From the NCBI RefSeq assembly GCF_009914755.1, contig NC_060933.1: a DNA stretch of 64,000 bases; one strand, written 5' to 3'. The notes beneath the pieces are model-generated. The model was given only the letters and a program-made list of their open reading frames with translations, was not told the DNA's origin and did no database searches. Shown piece after piece: positions 41,101 to 60,200 of the stretch. Made by a program: the position numbers and the translations under genes. Source of the stretch: the human T2T-CHM13v2.0 reference genome, Homo sapiens. Within the stretch, counting starts at the first letter, position 1. Each line of letters opens with the position of its first letter.

Positions 41101-42950
41101 GGAGGCACTCCTCCTTAACTCATTTTATGAAGCCAGCATCACCCTGATACCAAAACCTGGCAGAGATACAACAAAAAAAGAAAACTTCAGGCCAATATGA
41201 TGAACATTGATGCAAAAGTTCTCAATAAAATACTAGCAAACTGAATCCAGCAGCACGTCAAAAAGCTTATCCATCACAATCAAGTTGGCTTCATCCCTTG
41301 AATGAAAGGCCTGGTTCAACATATGCAAATCAATAAATGTAATTTATCACATAAACAGAACTACAGGCAAAAACCACATGATTATCTCAATAATGCAGAA
41401 AAGGCTGATAAAATTTAACATCCTTTCGTGTTAAAAACTCTTAATAAACTAGGTATTTATGGAACATACCTCAAAATAATAAGAGCCACTTATGACAAAC
41501 CCATAGCCAATATCCCATTGATTCAGCAAAAGCTGGAAGCATTCCCCTTGAAACCCAGCACAAGACAAGGTTGCCTTCTCTCACCACTTCTATTTAACAT
41601 AGTGTTGGAGTTCTGGCCAAGGAAATCAAGCAAGAGATAGAAATAAAGGTATTCAAATAGGAAGAGAGGAACTCAAGCTGTCTCGTTTTGCAGATGACAC
41701 GATCCTATAGAAAACCCCATCTCTCACTCCATCTTTGCTGAAGTTGCTTATCAGTCTTATCTTCTTAAGCTGATAAGCAACTTCAGCAATGTCTCAGGAT
41801 TCAAAATCAATGTGCAAAAATCACAAGCATTTCTACACACCAACAATAGGCAAGAAGAGGGCCAAATCATGAATGAACTCTAATTCACAATTGCCACAAA
41901 GAGAATAAAATTCCTAGAAATACAGCCTGCAAGGGAAGTGAAGGACCTCTTCAAGGAGAACTACAAACCACTGCTCAAGAAAATCTGAGAGGACGTAAAC
42001 AGATGGAAAAACATTCCTTATGAATACGAAGAATCAAAATGGCCATACTGTCCAAAATAATTTATAGATTCAGTGCTATTCCCATTAAACTACCATTGGC
42101 ATGCTTCACAGAATTAGAAAAAACTATGTTAAAATTCATATGAAACCAAAAAAGAGCCCTTATAGCCAAGACAATCCTAAGCAAAAGGAACAAAGCTGGA
42201 GGCATCATGCTACCTGACTTCAAACTATACTACAAAGATACAGTAACCAAAATAGCATGGTACTGGTACAAAAACAGACACATAGACCAATGGAACAGAA
42301 TAGAGAACTCAGAAATAAGACCACACATCTGCAACCATCTGATCTTAAACAAACCTGACAAAAACAAGCAATGGGGAAAGGATTTCCTATTTAATAAATA
42401 GTGCTGGGGGAACTGGCTAGCCATATGCAGATAACTGAAACTAGAACCCTTCCTTATACCTTATACAAAAATTAATTTAACATGGATTAAAGACTTAAAT
42501 GTAAAACCCAAAACTATAAAAATCTTAGAAGAAAATCTAGGCAATACCATTCAGGACATAGACACAGGCAAATATTTCATGACAAAAACGTCAAAAGCAA
42601 TTGCAACAAAAGCAAACATTGACAAATGGGATCTAATTAAACTAAAGAGCTTCTGCACGGCAAAAGAAACTATCATGAGAGTGTGAAGAGACAACCTGCA
42701 AAATGGGAGAAAATTTTTGCAATCTATGTGATCTGAACAATGAGAACATATGGACACAGGGAGGAGAACAACACACACTGGGGTCTTTCAGCAAGGTATG
42801 TGAGGGAGAAAATCAGGAAAAATAGCTAATTCATGCTGGGCTTAATACCTAGGTGATGGGTTGATAGGTGTAGCAAACCACCATGGCACACATGTACCTG
42901 TGTAACAAACCTGCACATTCTGTACATGTATCTTGGAACTAAAAATAAAA
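38198..42950 (+). mobile_element. L1PA8-like LINE-1, 5'-truncated within the 5'UTR and internally deleted near the 3' end
   Basis: Partial 5'UTR, ORF1 from ATG 38604, ORF2 from ATG 39612, L1PA8-type 3'UTR (caggaaaaatagctaat.catgctgggcttaatacctaggtgatgggttgataggtg); TSD-like aaagtcatgctaagg (38183-38197)/aaaattctgctaagg (42947-42961). Confidence 0.93.
38604..42730 (+). pseudogene. Disrupted L1 ORF1/ORF2 coding remnants
   Basis: Fragment ORFs 38718-39281 (ORF1p coiled coil), 39746-40090 (endonuclease), 40478-40693, 41428-41640 ([19 protein letters not shown]), 42207-42401; many stops and frameshifts. Confidence 0.9.
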
Positions 42951-43369
42951 TTCTGCTAAGGATTCTGGATTTTTTGCTAGTGCAGTAGAGACAACCAAAG
43001 GGTTTAAACCTAGTAAGTAGGGTGATCTTATTTGAATTTTTGAAAGACTACTCCCAGCAGCACTGCAAACGATGAAATAGAAAAAGCAAGACTTGAGGCA
43101 ACGACACCAAATCATGGAATCTCTGTATATAGTGGTCCAAATCCTAATAATGAGGGTTTGAACCAAGGTGAGAACACCATGTGCATAGCATCATATTTAG
43201 TCTTTCCCTGCCAAGCCGTATCTGCTAGGGAAGGAAGTGTTAATACATAAAGCGATTAAAATCTTTCAGCAACACTTTAAAGGAAATACCTTATTATTAG
43301 ATATTAAAAAATATTAATGAAAATGTGTCCAGGAAGGGAAACGTAGTTTGTGTATTATCATATTTCTAG

Positions 43370-43590
43370 TACTTGATTGGAAACCGTAAAATGTGATTTC
43401 TAATCTTAGCTTTGCCACATAAAGTCATGAGTTTAAGCACATTCTTTAATCTTTCTGAGCCTCACTTTCCATTTTGGTGAAAATTGGGCATTCTGACTTC
43501 TTTCCAAGTTTGTTGGAAAGAATACTTTTCCTTTCAGAACTGTAGGGGAAATTAATTGTTGTGAGAACATTTTCAAACTATATGATTCAA
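43370..43590 (+). mobile_element. MIR SINE
   Basis: ttctaatcttagctttgccac...ttaatctttctgagcctcactttcc. Confidence 0.65.
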
Positions 43591-43879
43591 AGGTAAGTTA
43601 TTACTTAATATATGGAGAAAGCATTGGAGACCATCAGTTATTCTTGGTTTTCTCCAATTGATAGTGGAGAGATCAGAGGCTGTTAATATGTTGGCAGAAA
43701 TTCATATATCTTGAATTTTTAGCCAGCTCACAAAACAAGACCCATGGAAAACGAAGCACAGAGAAACCCATGGGATTAATTATCCTTGTAAATTGGATAA
43801 TCAAACTGCAGTCAGTTTGATTCTGCTCCTCTGGTAGCATCACAGACATATACACACAACTACAACATACACAAACAGC

Positions 43880-44898
<1,019 letters not shown>

Positions 44899-44899
44899 T

Positions 44900-45110
44900 A
44901 GCACAAAATACAAGCAACACTCATACAGAACACACAAAATACACACAACAAACATATGTGACACACAAATATACCCAATATATATACTGTGTGATCATAC
45001 CACACATGCAAAATGTGTGGTTACTACATAGATGACGCACAACACACACAAATAATACTTTATACACCACACATAAAATACATGTAATGCACACAAAAAC
45101 CACAGACACA
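44900..45110. repeat. Degenerate CA-rich low-complexity tract (continues at 43840-43879 on the other side of the LTR)
   Basis: acacacaaaatacacacaacaaacatatgtgacacac... Confidence 0.75.
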
Positions 45111-47429
45111 ATGATGAGTTTTCCAAATATTAGTCATCCATCTACCACTTTCACATTATTTGCTTTATTTGCATATCATGTAAACATTCATTTACCAAAT
45201 TTATCTTGCTTGTACAGGTTGTACTTCGAAATATTTTTATGAATCTTTTCTTTTGCTTTCTTTTTACGTCATCATGGTTGACAAACTTTTGATTACCTTA
45301 TTTTTACATACTTAGCTCATCAAAAGTATCTGACGGAAGTGTTGGTATAGATCTGGTAAATATTATCTATTGGGTATGAAAATGTCAATTGTTCTAACCC
45401 GTGTGCTGATCTACTCACACTATAGTCCCTTTGTAATTTATGGAGAAAAATTCAAAAATATAAAGATTATTTTTTAAATTAGAAGGCACATAACAGGTCA
45501 ACCAGCTCAGTCCTCTATCTTATGCCTGAGTTATTTCTGCCCTAAACAGCTAATGTTGAGAATAGCAAGTGTATTGACAACATTGATGGCACTTTGGGAA
45601 ATCATCTGTAATACCCTATTAGTGTATTGAAGGCAAATTGCCAGGTTGATATGTCCATAATATGTCTCTCTGTCTGCTCAAGGACAGATTCTATGAATGA
45701 ATGTAGTATAACTCATTAAAATATAATTTATGGTCATCAGAAAAAATTGGAAAAATACGCAAAAGCATAAATAAAAAATTTTAAAGCATGATTAATCTTA
45801 GTACTTAAAAAGGCCATTGTTTTTAGAAATAAACGTATTGAGTCAAAAGGACATGCACATTTTAATGCTTTGAAAAGATAGAGCACAATTGTTTTCCAGA
45901 ATATTTGTGCCTACGTATATTCTTCACAGCACTGAGCACAGTCTAGGCCATCCTCTCATTAGGATTGAATATTGCCATTAAAATAATTTTTACCAGATAT
46001 TACCTTTTTAAAATTAGAGTTTCTGTTTGAACTTGCCTAGATTTGCCTTTTGCTTTGATCTATTTACATAGAGGCTCAGTTTTGAGAAAAAAATAATTAT
46101 TGTGATTAATACAATCATTAAAATGAATTGACACCTCGAGCAAGGAAATCTTAATATTGTAATTTTCTTTGGTGGAGAAATCTTTACTGTGGCATCTGGT
46201 ATCCATGGTTAAAAGGAAAAAGGGGAAGACTCTTACTAGCTAACTTTATGTCCTAAACAACAAAACTCCCATTCCATTCTTGAAGTAAAATTGTGACAGA
46301 TATTTGAAGAGATAAAGATATTCTTACATTTCATTTGTAATATATTTATTTTGAATTTTATTAATGCCTTATTTGTAGACTGTCTTTGAAAAATGTTTAT
46401 GCAAAGTAACTTCTCATAAAGGTTGGGTTGCTTTTGAGCAAGCCAAAAGAGTGTATTTTATGATCCACCTGTTTATATATACGACTTTCTAGGAAACATG
46501 AAGGGCTGCCTTTGAGTTTGATGTATAATAAATGCAAAAATATACATACATTCAGGCACAAGTTCTCAGATGGAATGCTATGCTAATTGTTTAATATGCC
46601 TTAATGACATATCAATGAAAATTAGTTTGTGGATATTGCTCTTCACATGTATTTCATTCAGATGACTGTAACTTCAAAGCAAGTAAAGACCATTACTTTT
46701 CAAGTTTCAGATAGCTATAACTTTTATATTGCCCCATTATTTTTCTCACAGGTTAAATTCATTTAAAAGATGCATCTTTTTATACAACCATCTGATTTCA
46801 AATACAATTAAAATAACTTTCTTTTAAGAATATGAGGATAGTGAGTTCCTGACTCATAATTAATTTTTAAGTCTATAGAAATTTATTAAAGAACGAATTC
46901 TTGGGGAATAACACCAAGATGAGTAACAGTACATAATATAGTTTACTAAGTAAAATGTCCAAATTGCTAGGCATTTGAGATATTTTTAAAGTTTAGCATT
47001 AAAGATTAAGTTATTTTGTTCTTGCAGAATTAATACTCTTTGGTAATGCTGGTTCATCTTAGTGATAGCCTGATAAATGTGTGTTCAAAGAGGTTATATC
47101 AGGATGTTAAGAGACAAAAGCATTAGGAATATTGAACAAATTACTTCTAAGTTTCTTTTCAGTTTATCATAAGCCTTTGTTTATATATTTGTGTAACTTA
47201 TTAATAAATAGCCTCCTGATCACAAAAAAAATATACTGTCCTTAATTTTGAGAAACCACTTAAGACAATGCAAAAAGGATTCTGCTGAAATATGCCAGCA
47301 GGATGTCCTGTAGTGCATATTCTGAAGAGTCCTTCTATTGTAATACAATTAGATTCTGGATCAAAACAGTTGTCAAAATATATTCTTAGGCTTACAAAAA
47401 TGAAACCAAAACTCCAAAGGCCGATAACC

Positions 47430-47805
47430 TCAAAAAGATACAAAGGGAAAAAATGAGCTGCAAGTCCAAAGGAAACAGATTAGCACCTATATGCTCACCT
47501 GCTACTCTGATGTTAAACTAAGATCTTTGGGGAGAACAAAATTAAACTTGGATTGATAGTACCTTTGGATCCTGGAGGAAGAAAAAGCAAATGCTTATTG
47601 GAAAACACATCTCCAAGTTAAACCCTTAGGAATCTTACTCTCTGAAATCAACCAAATATAAACTCACAATCCAAGATCATCAGGCCTACAGTACAAAAGC
47701 CACCATATGGGTAATCAGAAGAAACAAGATGCCAAATAGACACCTAAGGATTTCATATATTGAAACAATCAGATGCAGAATAAAATGTGACTATACATGA
47801 TGTTT
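47430..47805 (+). mobile_element. Old L1M/HAL1-like 5' fragment
   Basis: aactcacaatccaagatcatcagg...aagccaccat...atcagatgcagaataaaat..gactat resembles the ancient L1 ORF1 start region. Confidence 0.4.
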
Positions 47806-53296
<5,491 letters not shown>

Positions 53297-53309
53297 TATC
53301 TTTCCAACC

Positions 53310-53750
53310 CATTCTTCAAGCTCCTTTCCTTCCTTATTGCCTGGGAACCATATGGTTTTCGTGTCTTTGGCAAATACACCAAGGTTATCCCCACTTGCTC
53401 TTTCTTCTCACTGGAATATTCTTCCATTAAAACTTCGTATGGCTCACCCCTCACTTCTTTCAGGTCTGCTCAAATGTCAGCTCTTCTGAGAGGCCTTCTC
53501 TGATCACCCTATCTACAAAACCATCCTTCTGTCACCTTTGATTTTTTTATCCTGTTCTTTCATTTATAATATAATTTATTGCTACATGACATACTGGTAC
53601 ACAATTATAACCATATTACAATTTTGCTTACTATAATCTGCCTCTTTAAATAGAGTGTAAGTGCTATGTAGGCATTCTTTCTCACCAGTAAATGCTCAGA
53701 ACCTAGAATTTGGTTGAAACATAGGCCTTCCATATTAGTTTATTTCAAAA
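53310..53750 (+). mobile_element. L2 LINE 3' fragment
   Basis: tggctcacccctcacttctttcaggtctgctcaaatgtca...gaggccttctctga.caccctatcta. Confidence 0.8.
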
Positions 53751-54087
53751 TGTCTCATTACCATTATTTTATAATTTATAAGGTCATTCAGAGACAGCAC
53801 ATCCCAGGAGATAAGAGATTAAGCTGTGCATATTCAGTTTTCTTCCTGAATCTTTTTGGTCAAGCCATCTTCTTGCAATACCCTGGTCATTGTGTGTGCC
53901 CATTAGAACTGATCAATTCTTACAAGTCAGGTTATAGTGCAGCCCTTTTCTGGAACTTTTTGGCTTAGTCAAAATTTCCAGTGCTCACTCTTCTTCATCT
54001 GCATAGAGTGATACAAGTGTATACTTTAAATAAAACTACATAAAAGAAACAAGACAGGCATATATATCTAAGCCCTACCCCTAGAGC

Positions 54088-54255
54088 AAATAGCTAATAA
54101 GTACTGGGCACTTAGTGTATGCCAGGCATTGTTTAAGCACTTTACCTGTAATGACTCATTTCATCTCCCCTAAAACCCATGAGGTCCTGTTATATCTGTT
54201 TTACTGATGAGAAAACTGAGATCAGAGAAGCGAAGTAACTTGTCCAAGGCTATAA
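54088..54255 (-). mobile_element. MIR SINE
   Basis: tatgccaggcattgtttaagcacttta...gatgagaaaactgag...aagtaacttgtccaagg. Confidence 0.85.
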
Positions 54256-54754
54256 GATCTCTATTATGAGCCCTCATGTCTGTAAATGTGAAATAGGCAT
54301 CTGCACCTTCCTTCTATCCAGGATGCAGGGCCACCAATGAGTCCATTTGCAAGGACAAGTAACTTTTCCCTTAAAAATACTGTATACGTTGGTATCCTTC
54401 TCAGCTGTATCTCTCTCCATGATACTTGCCAGCCCTACCCCCATCTTCCAGCTCTTCTTGTAAAACTCTCAAGGTTCTGTCTCTCTATAATGGATCCTCC
54501 CTCAATCCAACTTTCCCTACCTTTCTATTATAGAATGGACCTGACCCCTCTTATCTCTTCAACTGGAACCTCAATGAGACCCTCTACTCCGTGGTCTCTG
54601 CATTGTTTTCACATCTTTATTGGAGAGAGACTTTATTATTGTCAAGCAATGTGATGTTGAGCAACTTGCTTAACTTCTCAAATATGTTTCCTCAATTATG
54701 AGAAAGGAAGGGTAGATTAAATGAACCTGGAAAACACCATAACTTTAAGACTTA

Positions 54755-55070
54755 AATGTTTTTATTTTTGACAAACTTGTAGAAAATTTGCAAGAATAAT
54801 GCAAAGAAATCTTAGCTGTTGATACCCATCACCCATATCTTCAAATGTTAACATTTTACTACATTTGCTTTCTCTCTTTCTTTCTTGCTTTCTCATCTAT
54901 CTTTACTTGTTTTCTAAACTATTTAAGAGTAATTTGCAGTCATGATCCATTTTACTCTTAAATATTTCAGTGTATACTTCCTAAAAATGAAGAGTTCTAT
55001 CATATGCGACAGCATAATTATAGAAACAAGGAAAATAACAAGTATAAAACTATTATGTATTCCATACTCA
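54755..55070 (-). mobile_element. L1MC/ME 3'-end fragment
   Basis: caaacttgtagaaaatttgcaagaataatgcaaagaa...aatgttaacattttactacatttgctt...aaatatttcagtgt. Confidence 0.7.
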
Positions 55071-55269
55071 CTTTAAGGGCCTTCTTATTTTAAATCAAAT
55101 GACTAAAAGTGGATTGTGTTTCATATTGTGCTTCCAACAGGGTTGAAGTTTTAATCCTCCTAACCACTCAGTAAGACCTTGATATCAACCCCATTTCCTG
55201 TGGATTTGCTCTCAGAATGATATCTCCATATCTATCTGGTTTCTTGCAGGGTGGTTGCAAGCCACCCAA

Positions 55270-55770
55270 ACTATCCTTGGTTATTGAAGTAAAAAATCAA
55301 AATTTAAAGGGACATATGGTAAATATATTAGGACCCACAGAATTAGTAAAAGACCAAGAAACCAAAATTTTAAAATCTGTGGGAAACAAGGGTGGTTATC
55401 CAAACAGAACAACAGCTAAGTTTACACTGCAGGTTCACATGGTGAGATGAAGTAACAGCCACCACCCTTCCCATTGACACTGCCACCACCATCATCATCA
55501 GTACCACTGTCACGACAGTGATTTGACCATCCTCTCTACCTATGTATCACACACCCTAGATGCAGAGTGTGTGATACAATCTAAAATTTTATGTTTAGGT
55601 CAATTCATCCTCTGGGTATCATTATCAGGACAGGAAGCCATAATGGAAGGTTAGCCTGGCTAACACTCAACCCCCAAGACCATATAGAAAGTGCAAGAGG
55701 AATAACTTTTTATGAAGCAATTAGGATGCTCCTGGGAAGGGGAAGCTGAGGAACCATATGCTTGTACATT
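55270..55770 (-). mobile_element. Decayed MLT1-like MaLR LTR
   Basis: Overall resemblance to an antisense old MLT1 LTR; boundaries uncertain. Confidence 0.35.
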
Positions 55771-56849
55771 AATCATTAAGAAAAAATATACAGCTTTTAT
55801 TACATTGGATATATGAATATTTTCTACCCACACTTGCAAAAGACTGATAGTAAAATCCAGATATTATCATTACTAAAATCTACCCCAATCTTATAAATGC
55901 AAATGCTTATGGCAATTAAATATTTATTTCAAAAGAAGGGCCCATCTGCTTGGAAAGAAATTTACTTTAGAAAAGAGGGTTGCTATTTGAGATAGCTTTA
56001 ATATGTATGTGCAGCACTACCTCCCTCATACCTGCCTTGCCCCTCTACCACCAAGAAAGTCAAATAGACCCACATAAGATTTATTACAGCTAAGTTTAAA
56101 TGTACAAATGAAACACCTGACCCAGTCAGCAATGACATCCATTAGTTGTTTTATATAATATTGCAGAAGACTAATGTCTGGAACATTAAATAAATAAATT
56201 GAAAATATATCATGAAAGTATGAATTCTAAAGAACCCGACCAACCTCTTGTGACCCCTTTGAACCAAAAGACTACATATAAAAAAAATTAATGGGACAAA
56301 GAAAATAACTTGACAAAGAAATTGAAAAGGAAGGGAAATTACTACATGTAACCACAACTGGGGACAGATTGTATCACAGGATTATTAGAATTTGGAGGAA
56401 AACATTATTATTTTTTAAATTGAATTGGATTGTTTATTATAGTTCTAAAAAGTATTGAACATGAGGAAGATTCCTAGTAAATATTAGATTATACCAGGAA
56501 ATAATGTATATGAGAGGAGCGTCTCAGAGATAAATCTCTATATAAACAGTACAAATATTAAATTTTTCTTCTTGTAGCACCAATCTGATAAGAATTGCTC
56601 TTATATTTTATAAATAGCAAGTACTGTAATTCTGGTTTCTTACCTTTGCATATGTGAGCAGTAATGTTTTTAGAGATGACAACCATGGCAGTATTTCATG
56701 AGCTAGTCTAGTTGATGATCATTTTGAGGGAAGTACAGAAGAACTCTCCTGGGGAAAGTGTGGCCTTCATATTTAATTGCAGCGTGTTAGCTGCTTAACA
56801 TCTTTTATCTACACTTCCACCTTTCAAAATGCTATTCAGCCAAAATTTT

Positions 56850-57200
56850 ATCTATCTCCTCTAGGAAGCCCCTCTGAATGCCCTCAGTGGAATTTTTCTA
56901 CCCATGCCCCAGGCTCCCCTCGTGCTTTTTAATATAACTGTATCACTTTGGTTTAGTTTGGTTTTGTCTTGTCTTGTATGACAGAGTGTATTATGGGTAG
57001 ATACCCACCTCCAATGGGTTTTAATTTATTTGTATGGATGTGTATGTATATATGTAGTATTTACCTTCAAAGAAAGAAATATGTATATATGTTCATACAT
57101 ACATAGATATATACCTATTTATTTATTGTAGCATTGTGGTAGCATGCCATGGGCAGAGAAAATGGTTAATAAATGTTATTTAGAAGAATGACTAAATAAA
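56850..57200 (+). mobile_element. L2 3' fragment
   Basis: ctcctctaggaagccc..tctga...ttaataaatgtta.ttagaagaatga. Confidence 0.5.
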
Positions 57201-60200
57201 AGACTTATTGGGCAATTCCAGTAATTCTGGTAAGCAGGAAAGTTCATGGGGGCAGAGCTGCAGGCATAGAAAGCTTTTTTCTTCATATGAAATCTAGTTG
57301 TTCTTTAAATTGCAATCAAAATACATGTTTTTTTACCCCTACTTGTCCCTATCACTGGAAAAACCCAAATTGCCTCACAGGTCATGATAACTATGTAATC
57401 CTGGTCTAAGCTTCTCCTGCTTTAAAATATACCATGGTCCACAGGGATCCAGGTAGTCAAGCAGATATACTCTTTGCCATTCCTTGGATATCAGTGATAT
57501 AAATTACATTCCCACTGCTTGTGTCTTCGGTGTGTGGAAAATGCAATCTAATATTAAACCTTGGACACAATTTTACAGCACTTTGCAGAAGCAAGTCCAG
57601 TTTCCAGAGAGCACTAGACAAAGAGGTGGAAGAGAATTCAAGCTGATATCAGGGAGTCTTGTAAATGAGAGGTTTTCTAAATAAGAATTGGGAAAAGTTC
57701 ATTAAAACAAAACCACTTCAACCCACATGACTCCAAACACTGTACAATGAATATATATCTGGTTAGAAAATCTCAGTGGTTTCCAAAGCTTTTGTCTTAG
57801 ATTTCTGTTTTTGTGTCTTCAAATAAATGTATAGGCTTTCATAATCCTTAAACCAAGTAAAACCTCTCTTGCCACAGTTGTACTTAAAATTCATGGCAGA
57901 AAAATAATGCAATGAGTGTAATCTGTTTGTTTGCTAACAAGCACAACTAGCTTTGCCCAATTAACTAAAACTGGAAGAGAAAGTCATTTCCCTCTTTAAT
58001 GCTGTTTGGTGTTTTTATAAGTGTGAATAATTGGGAAATTTTAATACTGAAAGTGTCCTCTGAATTTTTGGTAGTAATTATGGTGGAAGGTCTGACCTTT
58101 TCAGCATTCTTCTGCGCTCTGCCTTGAGTTTCTTGAAGGTTAATGCTGTACATCACTGGTCTCATAAAGCATTACTAGATGATTTGAGGAGAGAATTTGT
58201 ACATGATTTTTCTCATTCTCATGGGTTAAAGGTCCCGACTGAGTTTTTCTTCCATGCTGGCCTCAACTGACTGTATCTACTTCCAGGAGAGAGACAGAAA
58301 AAAAGTATCTGTTATTCATGTGCTTTTCCAGATACTGGCCTCAGAACTGGGAGTAGCTTCTTGTTTGGACCAATCCTTTGCCTCCTTCCAGTGTGCTCAT
58401 TGAGATATTGGAAACCATGTCTAGGTCAGTGTTGTATTCTTACCTCCCACCCAGTGGGCATATGTGAAAAAACTGGTGATCTGGAAACATTTGGGAAATT
58501 GTCTACCCCGCCAAGTTGTTCTAAGCTACTCCAATATTAAAGCAAGCCTGACTTTATATTTTGTGCTTGTAAATATATTAATTTTGTAAATCCAAACCTG
58601 GAAATATTCTTAGGATTTAGACAGAGAAAAAAGCTGGACATATGCATCTAATTAAGCTAAAACTCTACTCACTGTTTATGTCTGGAGTTTTTTCTTTCAG
58701 AATGAGTACGGAGAAATTTTGATCAATGTTTTGAATATACACTAAGGCAAATTTTGCATCAAATGTTTAGAAACAAATAACTTTATGCATAATTTTGCAC
58801 ATAAAAATTGTTATAGGGCAATACTATTTATGAGGGAGCAATGGAAAACTTCTTGATGTGCATTTTTCCCCATATCAAATTTGGAAAGTTCATAAATAAG
58901 TTTTATTATAAGGAAAACTAAAGGTTATACCCTCTTTTATTAATTCAGCTTCAAATTTGGTGAAGTACAGCTAAATTTCAAGAGGCATTTCACATTAATT
59001 TGATGCTCAGCCTTTAGTTTATTGAAGAGTCAATCCAGTTTCAGAAATCATGGAGACAGACTAGTTAAATGAGTATATGCTGACCTAACAGGCCAGCCTT
59101 TTGAGGTTCACCTGTAACTAGTTTGTGTACTCCATGTTGTGGTCACATTATATTCAGCTGGGAAGGAGCCTTGTCTGAATGCAGTAAGGATTTTATTTCT
59201 CTTTTAATGTGCTTTGCAAGATAGAGTACTTCAACTACCAAATATGTGCCCACTGAATTGCTTTGAGGTTTGTTCTTTATGTACTGTGTGGAATTGTGGG
59301 GAAAGAAGTCTCTGTTGACTTGAGCTAGCAAAACCAATATTTTAATTCAAATAGAGCACTCACCTGGGAAACTGGCAAATTTGGACTACAGCCCTTACCC
59401 CAACCTTGTTTTCTTTCTTCTCTCAGCCTCATTGTAAATTAACCAATCATTGACATCCACTTAAAGCATGCTGCCTTTTTAACTGAGGGCAGTGTGTGAC
59501 CTTACTTTGGATATATTGAAAATGGAGGAATAGTTTAGTTTTTAAAGAAAATGGAAAGGAGAAAGGAGGGGCCTTTACATCTTTAACACTGAGCTCATTA
59601 AACCTCTAAAATTGATACCTTGAACATTTTCTCACATCGCCTTTACAAGACAGCAGGTTTACTTTAACAATGCTTAATTGTAAATAACAACGTCAACAAC
59701 AAAACAACCACTACAGTGTTTGTGTGGTTTTGTATATTGTAGTGCTTAGGGAAAAAAAGACATAAAAATAACTTTGCAGAAAACATGATGGATCTATACC
59801 AGGAAGGTGAGATTACATAACTTGAATCATATGGGCTTGTTAAACTCCTTCTCCTTGACTCACTCATCACTCAAGAAGCTGCCTCAATTGCAATCTAAAA
59901 TTGACCATTTCAGGAAAAGCAAACCTCAGCCTTCTCCAGAGGGTCCAATCTGGGTTGTGGTCATTATTTTACTACCAGTAATTTTAAATCTTCTTGGAAA
60001 CATTACCTTTCTAATTTACTGTAAATTTTGACGGATCTGTGAAACCACACTTGAGATGTTGGTAAACTAAGTAGATATGTAGAATATGGATCAGGAGGAA
60101 AACAAGCAGTGCTAAATAGAACTGGAAGAAAAAAAACCCACCCCCAAACCTATAGTACAAGCCTGGAAATCAGTCAGCTTCAAGATGCTTCATGAATTGC

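Noticed and set aside
59779-59812. Possible 27-nt microexon (tttgcag|aaaacatg...ggaag|gtgaga)
   Set aside because: The donor is good but the upstream sequence is A-rich with no polypyrimidine tract, and no other coding exons are evident.
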